A stretch of 40,487 nt of DNA from contig JBDRWI010000013.1 of assembly GCA_039802265.1 (NCBI GenBank), forward strand, positions 1-40,487, written 5' to 3'. Below, piece by piece: positions 29,236 to 37,136 of this stretch. The DNA is from a candidate division WOR-3 bacterium (GTDB lineage Bacteria; Hydrothermota; Tepidihabitantia; SM23-42; JAOAFX01). The notes beneath the pieces were generated by a model. It was not told the origin of the DNA and searched no databases. It worked only from the letters and a program-made list of their open reading frames with translations. A program made the translations under genes and the position numbers. The stretch's first letter is position 1. Each line of letters opens with the position of its first letter.

Positions 29236-31488
29236 ATGAGACTCATTTTTCTTCTCATAGCAGTAACTCTTACTGCCTCATTATATGCAGACTGGCAGTC
29301 AATCTGCCCTCCGGGTGGTAATATGAATGTAATAGCTATCTCACCGACTGACGATAACCTTGTTTACGCTGCATCCTACTCTTACCCAACACGGATATTC
29401 AAATCTACAAACAAAGGAGTATCTTGGAGTGAAGTAGGTTCGTTCAATAGCTATTGCTATGCTATGACGGTAAGTCAATCTGGAGTCATATTTGCAGGTT
29501 ATTACGGATATATCTATAAATCCACAGATGGTGGAAATACCTGGACACAGTCATCATCTTTGGGAAGCACAGGGATATACGACCTGGAGGCACATCCCAC
29601 TGATGCCAATACAATCTATGGCTGCGGTTACCGATATATCAGTTCAGGGAATTATGCAATAGTCTTCATAAAAACAACCAATGCAGGAAATAACTGGACT
29701 ACCCTTGACATATACAGCGGCGGATATTCTTATGGTTATGGTATCGGAGTGGACCGCAACAATCCAAATGTCATTTTTATCGGTGGTAATGGTTACTCAA
29801 CTACTTATGAACCAAAAATATTCAAATCTACCAATGGCGGGTTAAGTTTTACTGAAGTCTATTCCTCAACAACTGGCTACTATGTCTATGATGTTGCAGT
29901 CAATCCTGGTAATTCAAATATTGTCTATGCCTGTACATATTATGATGGAATATACCGCTCAACCAATGCCGGAACGGATTGGACAAAGGTATCATCCTCA
30001 TACTACAATTATCGTCTTGGAACTACTCCAGCAAATGCCAATTATGTCTATTGCTCTGGATATTACTACTTTTATCGCAGTACTGATGCAGGCGCCACCT
30101 GGAGCGACTTAACATCCGGGCTCCCCTCTTACTATCACTGGGGTCTGGCGGTGAGCCGAACCAACCATCTGGAAGTCCTGATTGCCAATAGGGCTGGAGT
30201 CTTCAAAACAACAAGTGGTGGAACAACCTGGTCATTAAGCAGTGATGGCATTTATCTCGGATTACCAGTTGTTGCTGCCACCGCTGCACCTTCATTACCT
30301 ACCACCGTCTATATCCAGGTTGAGGATGTCGGTGTATACAAGACGACAAATTGTGGTAACAGCTGGATTATCTGCCCTTCATTCTCAAGTTGCGGAGATA
30401 TGTGTGCGATTGCGGTTAAATACACCGACCCCAACTATGTAATGGCGATCGAAGGTATGGGTTGAGGGACTGCCCAAGCTTATAAAAGCACAGACGGCGG
30501 GTCCGTCTGGTCATTGGCCGACCCTGGTTATTATGATACTGGTGGGGATATAGTTGCAGACCCCTTTAGCACCAATACATTCTGGAGTTGCGGTAATTAT
30601 TTGAACGGTTCGATCTATATAATGGCCGCATCAAAGACTACCGACAATGGAACAAATTGGACCAGGTATAATCTTGCCACTGGTGCCGGAATGGCGCATA
30701 CGCTTGCAATTGACCCAACGAATTCCAGTATAGTCTATGTGGGTGGGAATGAGAATAGTTTATCTGCGATATATAAAACCACCAATGCCGGATACAACTG
30801 GGCAAAGCTTCCTGCCACCGGTCTGGGTGATACTGTGGTCCTGGCACTGGCGATCGACCCTTCTTATCCAAATACAATATATGCCGGCACAAACAATGGT
30901 TGTTATAAATCAACCGATGGTGGTAATAACTGGGTAAATACCGGGTGCCCTGGTGGCTGGGTCAATGCCATCGTCGTTAACCGAGGGTCTTCTGTCTATG
31001 AAGGTGTATATGTTGGCACTAATTCCAATGGCGTATATTTGAGCACAAACTGGGGAACATCCTGGACACAGATAAATCAGGGTTTACAGGATCTCCAGGT
31101 CAATTGTCTTGGTAAAAGTCAGGCCACCTATATTTATGCGGGTACCCAGACTAAAGGTATTTATCGCTGGTCAGTTCAGGTAGGTAATGAAGAAGTAGAT
31201 AATAATTTTACAACTAAGGATAATAGACTGATTATTAAACCCAATCCTGCTCGCGGCGAATTGAAAATTTCATACCAGGTACACAAGTCAACAAATGTCC
31301 TTCTTGGTATTTACGATACCCAGGGAAGATTGATACGGATATTAAAAGATGAATACCACCCTGCAGGTACATACTCTCTATTTTGGGATTTCGATAATAT
31401 GAGCAAAGAAATTCCAGCAGGGATATATTTCTGTAGATTGCATACTGAGAATTTCAATATCTGGAAACGGTTTATTGTAGTAAAATAG
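29236..31488 (+). CDS. secreted BNR/Asp-box beta-propeller protein with T9SS/FlgD-like C-terminal domain, containing one in-frame TGA (codon 410; putative selenocysteine)
   Basis: ORFs 29236-30465 and 30514-31488 share a frame (offset 1278 = 426 codons). The sequence after TGA reads GTAQAYKSTDGGSVWSL, an intact BNR repeat. Signal peptide only in the 5' part, sorting domain only in the 3' part; SECIS-like hairpin; selABC in window. Confidence 0.75.
30491..30509 (+). promoter_or_regulatory. putative bacterial SECIS hairpin
   Basis: CAGACGG-CGGGT-CCGTCTG: 7 perfect bp, G-rich loop, 32 nt between the UGA and the loop. Confidence 0.6.
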
Positions 31489-31514
31489 GAATTTAGTCAG
31501 AGGGTGTTTCTTAA

Positions 31515-31558
31515 AATCCCCCTTAATTCTTCTTTTAATAGGGAAATTAAGGGGGATT
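31515..31558. terminator. inverted repeat / probable terminator
   Basis: perfect 14-bp IR aatcccccttaatt (31515-31528) / aattaagggggatt (31545-31558) just downstream of the TAG at 31488. Confidence 0.65.
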
Positions 31559-31635
31559 AGCTTTATTTCGACGAATAAATAAATCGGCTGCATCAAGACT
31601 ACCTACTAAATTGAAGTCCTCAGGACCGTAATATA

Positions 31636-31663
31636 TTGACGCTGAAGAAATTTTAATTATACT
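31636..31663 (+). promoter_or_regulatory. sigma70-type promoter of tRNA-Arg
   Basis: TTGACG, 16 bp, TATACT, 9 nt before the tRNA. Confidence 0.75.
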
Positions 31664-31672
31664 AAGATTCAG

Positions 31673-31746
31673 GCGCCCGTAGTTCAATTGGATAGAACGG
31701 CGGACTCCGGCTCCGCAGGTTAGGTGTTCAAATCACCTCGGGCGCG
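31673..31746 (+). tRNA. tRNA-Arg (anticodon CCG), CCA not encoded
   Basis: GCGCCCG/CGGGCGC-G acceptor; GTTC-AATTGGATA-GAAC D arm; GCGGA-CTCCGGC-TCCGC anticodon arm; AGGTG-TTCAAAT-CACCT T arm. Confidence 0.95.
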
Positions 31747-31771
31747 TGAGAATAACCATCGGAGGTAAAAG

Positions 31772-32287
31772 ATGGAATTTTATGAGGTGATAAGGAAAAG
31801 AAGGAGCGTTAGAAAATATAGACCCGACCCAATTCCTGAAGATGTTTTAAATCGCATCCTTGATGCCGGTCGTATTGCCCCTTCGGCAAAGAATATTCAG
31901 CCTTGGAAATTTATTGTCATAAAAGACCCGGAGAACAAAAAAAAGGTTGCTGAAGCCTGCCGGGGTCAACACTGGATGGCAGATGCAGATGTTATCATAT
32001 GTGGCTGTGCCTTAGAGAAGATTGCCTGGGGAAGGATGGGTGGTTATATGAGTTCGTTTGCAGTGGACCTGGCAATCGCATTGGACCATATAATCCTTGC
32101 TGCAGCGAATGAAGGACTCGGGACCTGCTGGATCGGTGCCTTTGAAGAAAAGAGGGTAAAAGAAATTCTTGGTATTCCGGATGATGTTCGGGTTGTAGCA
32201 TTGACCCCCATCGGCTACCCCGCTGAAGAACCAAAGGACCGGGGAAGAAAAAACATAGAAGAGATTGTTTCTTATGAGAGATATTGA
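31772..32287 (+). CDS. nitroreductase family protein
   Basis: RRSVRKY, APSAKNIQPWKF, LAAANEGLGTCWIGAF, PIGYP; GGAGG SD. Confidence 0.93.
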   Translation: MEFYEVIRKRRSVRKYRPDPIPEDVLNRILDAGRIAPSAKNIQPWKFIVIKDPENKKKVAEACRGQHWMADADVIICGCALEKIAWGRMGGYMSSFAVDLAIALDHIILAAANEGLGTCWIGAFEEKRVKEILGIPDDVRVVALTPIGYPAEEPKDRGRKNIEEIVSYERY

Positions 32288-32335
32288 CCTGATAACAAAG
32301 AGGTAAGACGAACGCCTTAATAATTCGATATATGA

Positions 32336-32363
32336 TGGGCAGATTAAGGCTGCCCAATTTGTT
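32336..32363 (+). terminator. possible Rho-independent terminator
   Basis: tgggcag-attaagg-ctgccca followed by atttgtt. Confidence 0.45.
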
Positions 32364-32646
32364 AAAAGAAATCCAAAAATTTCAAAGGGCTCATTTTTGT
32401 TTCCAGTATGAGAACCCCGGATTTCAATACTGCAGCCTCGGAAGTTTTTTTCAAAAATGTAGGGTAAACCTTACCCTCTCTTTTCTCCTCTTCGCCTGAC
32501 AAAACGGGGATATGGTGAGGGTGAGGAGTCCATTAAAATTTCTTAATTACCGAAATTGTTAAAATGATTGGGGAGAAATTAAATGATTCCAATTCCAAAA
32601 TGCAACTTTGAAAATTCAGCAGAACAAAAATTCTGTTCAAAAACTT

Positions 32647-33993
32647 ATGGATAGATCCAGACTGTACTTATTCCTGAAGTCCTGTGAATCACTCGGTGAT
32701 ATTTACAACTTAACGGGTGCATATAAAGAGGCTATAAAGAACTATGAAAGGATGCTGCGCTTTAGTAACGACATAATAATTCAGACAAGGTCAAGGAGGA
32801 AGATTGCAGAGGTATATGGAAATCAGGGCAGACTGGATGATGCATTGAAGATTCTTAGATCGGGGCTGGGAATCCTCAAAGGCAATGCCTACGATGTTAT
32901 AATAGAAAAGACTGAAATTCATATACTAAGATGCCGAGTTTTAATGCAAAAAGGCAAATTGGAAGAAGCAATGAGAGAGGATGGGAAAGGACTTGAGATG
33001 ATAGAAAAGACGGGAGTTGATGATAAGAGGATGAAGTCTATTAAAGCAAAGGGATTTAATAATTTGGCCGCGATTTCTTATGTTAAAGGTGAATATGATA
33101 GGGCAATTGAACTTTTTGAGAAGTATCTAAAAATCTCCGAGGAAATTGGTGATAAGCGAGAGATTGGCAATGCAAGTAGCAATCTGGGAATTGTGTATCA
33201 AGAAAGAGGTGAATATGATAAGACAATTGAACTTTTTAATAAGGATTTAAAAATCTCTGAGGAAATTGGGAATAAACCCGGAATTGGTATGATAAGTGGG
33301 AATCTGGGAAATGTGTATTTTGAAATAGGTGAGTACAATAAGGCGATAGAACTTTATGAAAATAGTTTAAAAATCTCGGAGGAAATCGGCGATAAACAAG
33401 GAATTGGCATTGCAAGTGGCGGCTTGGGAGCGGCTCATTTGGAAATTGATAAACTCAAAGAAGCTGAAAAATATCTAAGAAAATCTAAGAAATCCCTTGA
33501 GCAAATTGGTGATAAATATTATTTAATATATACCTATTGCCCCTTTTCGGAACTAATTATAAAAAGAGGAGGAAGGCTTGAAAATGCACTTGAAAAGATG
33601 GCTAAGGCACTAAAACTTGCAGAAGAGATAGACTCAAAAGATGGAAGGGCATTTTGTTATTTTACCTATGGCAAAGTATATGCACAGGAAGTAAAAAATA
33701 GGAAATCAGGGGTAGAAAAAGCGAAACAGAAAAATGAATTAAGACGAGGTATGGAATATTTCAAGAAGGCGATCAAAGTTTATCAAGAATTGAAAAAGAA
33801 AAAATCGCTTGCAGATTGTTATTTAGAATATGCCAAGATGTTAAAGGAGATTGAGGAGTTAAGATATTTAAAACTCAAAGAAAAAGCCGAAATATACTTC
33901 AACAAGGCCCTTAAAATATACCAGGAACTGAAATTAAACAAAAAAATAAAGGAGATAGAGAAGAACAAAGAATCAGAAGTGTTGCCCCCTTGA
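32647..33993 (+). CDS. tetratricopeptide repeat protein (start uncertain; possibly a 5'-truncated gene)
   Basis: repeats NLG.VY..GEY.KAIEL...LKISEEIG; first in-frame ATG at 32647, no clear SD. Confidence 0.75.
   Translation: MDRSRLYLFLKSCESLGDIYNLTGAYKEAIKNYERMLRFSNDIIIQTRSRRKIAEVYGNQGRLDDALKILRSGLGILKGNAYDVIIEKTEIHILRCRVLMQKGKLEEAMREDGKGLEMIEKTGVDDKRMKSIKAKGFNNLAAISYVKGEYDRAIELFEKYLKISEEIGDKREIGNASSNLGIVYQERGEYDKTIELFNKDLKISEEIGNKPGIGMISGNLGNVYFEIGEYNKAIELYENSLKISEEIGDKQGIGIASGGLGAAHLEIDKLKEAEKYLRKSKKSLEQIGDKYYLIYTYCPFSELIIKRGGRLENALEKMAKALKLAEEIDSKDGRAFCYFTYGKVYAQEVKNRKSGVEKAKQKNELRRGMEYFKKAIKVYQELKKKKSLADCYLEYAKMLKEIEELRYLKLKEKAEIYFNKALKIYQELKLNKKIKEIEKNKESEVLPP
33061..33420 (+). repeat. 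three imperfect 120-bp tandem repeats (40-aa TPR units)
   Basis: ggtga(a/g)ta..ata...gaacttt...taaaaatctc.gaggaaat.gg recurs at 33088, 33208 and 33328. Confidence 0.8.
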
Positions 33994-34017
33994 CAAATCT
34001 TAAATTGTGGATATAAT
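33990..34017 (+). promoter_or_regulatory. sigma70-type promoter of nrdR-nrdD
   Basis: TTGACA, 16 bp, TATAAT. Confidence 0.8.
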
Positions 34018-34027
34018 AGGGGCGATG

Positions 34028-34043
34028 GCTCTATATATAGTGT
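34028..34043. promoter_or_regulatory. NrdR box
   Basis: gctCTATATATAGtgt matches the consensus acaCwAtATaTwGtgt, just downstream of the promoter of an RNR operon. Confidence 0.75.
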
Positions 34044-34158
34044 TTTTTTCAGATATTTTTAAACAAACAGAAATGGATGCAGAAGGGCAGGATAAATTTA
34101 TTTATAGCGGTCTTTATCGTTTGAATTGCTAATTAACTGAAAGTAGTGAGGTTATCTT

Positions 34159-34632
34159 GTGAAATGCCCCAGATGTGGCAAGGACTCAGACCGGGTTTTA
34201 GAGACAAGGGCCTCCCAGGCAGGAAGTGTCATCCGAAGGCGTCGGGAATGCGGCAGGTGCCATTTCAGGTTCACCACTTATGAAACAGTAGAGAGGATGC
34301 CGCTGGTGGTAATTAAACGGGATGGGACAAGGGAACCTTATGACCGTTCAAAATTATTGGGTGGAATAGCACTCGCCTGCCGCAAGAGACCGGTTTCGGT
34401 AGAAAAGATTGAAAGAATCGTCAATGAGATTGAAGATATTCTCTCCGACCGCTACCAGACTGAGATTAAATCATCAGAACTCGGTCAGATGGTTCTGGAA
34501 AGATTATTTAAGATTGATGAAGTCAGTTATGTGCGTTTTGCCTCAGTCTATCGGAAATTCAAGAATATTGATAACTTCCTAACTGAGTTGCAGCAATTAA
34601 AAAGGGGGAAAAAATGGAAGAAAAGGCATTGA
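34159..34632 (+). CDS. nrdR: transcriptional repressor NrdR
   Basis: MKCPRC, IRRRRECGRC..RFTTYE, ATP cone VIKRDG.REPYDR.K, YVRFASVYR. Confidence 0.97.
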   Translation: MKCPRCGKDSDRVLETRASQAGSVIRRRRECGRCHFRFTTYETVERMPLVVIKRDGTREPYDRSKLLGGIALACRKRPVSVEKIERIVNEIEDILSDRYQTEIKSSELGQMVLERLFKIDEVSYVRFASVYRKFKNIDNFLTELQQLKRGKKWKKRH

Positions 34633-37037
34633 GAATTGGTATTGATGAGACAATTCCACATGAAAAAATTTTTCAATATGTTATAAAGAGAGATGGCAAA
34701 TTGGTACCATTTGACAAATCAAAGATTACCAATGCGATCTTTAAGGCTGCCAGGGCCGTTGGTGGTGAAAATAAAAAAATTGCTGAGGCACTTGCTGATG
34801 AGGTGGTGTTATTTTTATATACCTTAAAGGGCGATAAACCACCAACCGTAGAAGAGATTCAGGATGCGGTAGAAAAGATTCTGATTGAAAATGGTAATGC
34901 CCGCACAGCCAAGGCATTTATTCTATATAGAAAACAGCGCGAGATATTGAGAAAGAAGCGCTTATTAGAGAAGAGGCCCGAGGAGCGGGAGACCACTGAC
35001 TATGCCCTTTTTGTTCGGACCTCCGATGATGACTTTGTCTCCTGGGACCGCCATCGGATTGTAGATGCCTTGATAAATGAAACAAATATTGATAAGGCAA
35101 CTGCGGAAAAGATTGCCCGGGAGACCGAAGATACCATTTTAAATTCTGATGTAAAACTGATATCTTCTTCCTTAATCCGGGAAATTGTCAATATGAAACT
35201 TATTGAACATGGACTTGAGAATGCCCGTTTAAGACATACCCGACTGGGTGTCCCCTTATATGATGCAGAAAAGATTATTCTTTTTGCAAACCGAGAGAAC
35301 GCCAATATCCCCCATAATCCAGAAGCCACAAACATGACCCTTGCCGAGACGATAAAGAAGCAATATATGCTCTCTGAGGTCTTTAGCAGAGAAGTGGCGG
35401 ATGCCCATGTTCGGGGCGATATTCATCTACATGATTTGGGTTTTGGTGACCGTCCCTATTGCTCCGGACAATCCTTAGAATATGTGAAGAAATTTGGACT
35501 AAATTTGCCCAATGCCTTATCAATTGCTCGACCCGCCCGACATCCTGATACATTACTTGCCCATATGGTAAAGTTTTCTGCAGCACTGCAGGGGCATTTT
35601 GCTGGTGCAATAGGCTGGGATGCGGTAAATATCTTCTTTGCTCCATTCTTGGTTGGCATGTCAGATAAAGAGATCCACCAGATTGCCCAGATGATGGTCT
35701 TTGAGTATTCCCAGCAATCAGTTGCCCGTGGCGGTCAGGCAATATTCTCAGATTTGAATATATACTGGGAAATACCCAAACACTTCCGGAGTGTTGAGGC
35801 AATTGGACCCGGTGGGGAATACACCGGAAAGAAATATGGTGAATATCTTAATGAAGCACAGAAATTTGCCTGGGCATTATTTGATGTCTATCTTGATGGA
35901 GATGGAACCGGCCGACCCTTCTTCTTTCCCAAACCTCTGGTCCATTTGACCGAAGAATTTTTCAAAACCCCGGGTCATGAATCATTTTTAAACCACATTG
36001 CCGAGGTTTCGTCAAAGAGGGGTAATACCTATTATGTATTTGACCGGGGTGAAACTGCAAAGATTTCCGAATGCTGCCGGCTTTCATTCAAACTGGAGGA
36101 ATCGGACATGAACGATGCCCATACCCCATGGAAGATGCGCTATACTGCATTGCAGAATGTCACCCTGAATCTACCCCGAGCCGCATACTTTGCCAGAGGT
36201 AATGACGAACTCTTGTTTAAGAAACTTGACGAATTGCTGAACTATGCAGTTATGGCCCATATCCAGAAGAAGGCATTCATTGAAAAACTAATTAATCTTA
36301 AAAATGAAGGTCCTTTGGCACTTTTGACCATGGAGCTGGATGGCGAGCCTTATCTGCGATTGTATCGTGCCACATATTTAATTGGACTTTTGGGATTGAA
36401 TGAACTCGTTCAATTCCATACCGGTAAAGAGATGCACCAGAGTAAAGAGGCATTAAGATTCGGACTTAGGGTTCTTGCCTACTTATATTTAAAAGTTAAG
36501 GAACTGGCAAAAAAACATAATATGCGTTTTGTTATGGAGCAGACACCTGCCGAATCTGCTGCACACCGTTTTGCCCGGCTGGACCTTGAACACTATACCA
36601 ACGACGCAAAAAGTGTAGTAAAGGGCGATATAAAAACAAATTCTGTTTACTACACAAACTCCACATATTTAAATGTTAGTGAACCAATTGACCCGATTGA
36701 ACGAGTTAGAATAGAAGGGAAGTTCCACGATTTAATTGAGGCTGGTGCTCTAACCCATGTCTGGCTTGGGGAATCTCAGCCACCGAAGGAGTCCATTGCG
36801 AATTTTGTTATAAAGACATTTAGATTTTCGCGTAACGCTCAGATTGCCTTCTCGCCTGAGTTTACTACCTGTAATACCTGCTTCAAGACTGCACGCGGAT
36901 TGAAAGAATCCTGTCCATTCTGTAATAGTTCAAATATTGACCATATCACAAGGGTAACTGGCTATTTCAGTAAGGTGTCAGGCTGGAACAAAGGCAAGAA
37001 GGCAGAACTTAAAGATCGGTATCGGGTGAAATTATAA
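34614..37037 (+). CDS. nrdD: anaerobic (class III) ribonucleoside-triphosphate reductase
   Basis: two ATP cones; H..GDIHLHDL, RPYC, SECCRL, QTPAES, YYTNS; CxxC..CxxC zinc site; RVTGY glycyl-radical motif. Confidence 0.95.
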   Translation: MEEKALRIGIDETIPHEKIFQYVIKRDGKLVPFDKSKITNAIFKAARAVGGENKKIAEALADEVVLFLYTLKGDKPPTVEEIQDAVEKILIENGNARTAKAFILYRKQREILRKKRLLEKRPEERETTDYALFVRTSDDDFVSWDRHRIVDALINETNIDKATAEKIARETEDTILNSDVKLISSSLIREIVNMKLIEHGLENARLRHTRLGVPLYDAEKIILFANRENANIPHNPEATNMTLAETIKKQYMLSEVFSREVADAHVRGDIHLHDLGFGDRPYCSGQSLEYVKKFGLNLPNALSIARPARHPDTLLAHMVKFSAALQGHFAGAIGWDAVNIFFAPFLVGMSDKEIHQIAQMMVFEYSQQSVARGGQAIFSDLNIYWEIPKHFRSVEAIGPGGEYTGKKYGEYLNEAQKFAWALFDVYLDGDGTGRPFFFPKPLVHLTEEFFKTPGHESFLNHIAEVSSKRGNTYYVFDRGETAKISECCRLSFKLEESDMNDAHTPWKMRYTALQNVTLNLPRAAYFARGNDELLFKKLDELLNYAVMAHIQKKAFIEKLINLKNEGPLALLTMELDGEPYLRLYRATYLIGLLGLNELVQFHTGKEMHQSKEALRFGLRVLAYLYLKVKELAKKHNMRFVMEQTPAESAAHRFARLDLEHYTNDAKSVVKGDIKTNSVYYTNSTYLNVSEPIDPIERVRIEGKFHDLIEAGALTHVWLGESQPPKESIANFVIKTFRFSRNAQIAFSPEFTTCNTCFKTARGLKESCPFCNSSNIDHITRVTGYFSKVSGWNKGKKAELKDRYRVKL

Positions 37038-37100
37038 AACAAATTTTTGTTAGGACAGGGTATAAACTTTACGCTTGAGGCTAAAAATCTGAAATACCTG

Positions 37101-37128
37101 TTGACTTTTTTATTACTTTGGATAAAAT
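37101..37128 (+). promoter_or_regulatory. sigma70-type promoter (leaderless or very short leader)
   Basis: TTGACT, 16 bp, TAAAAT, 8 nt, ATG 37137. Confidence 0.6.
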
Positions 37129-37136
37129 TTTATACT

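Noticed and set aside
29236..31488. Genome-wide UGA recoding (code 4 or 25) as the explanation for the in-frame TGA
   Set aside because: Nitroreductase, nrdR, recX, the PorV-like gene and the DNRLRE gene end at TGA at their expected C-termini, and no other long gene shows internal TGA.
30514..31488. Independent gene starting at TTG 30514
   Set aside because: No SD and no signal peptide despite the sorting tail; a BNR repeat is encoded in frame upstream of the TTG.
13650..31746. Integrated island or prophage at tRNA-Leu or tRNA-Arg
   Set aside because: No integrase or phage genes, and I found no duplicated tRNA 3' end by eye.
33995..34010. Second NrdR box within the promoter
   Set aside because: Only the right half (TTGTG) matches; several conserved positions differ.
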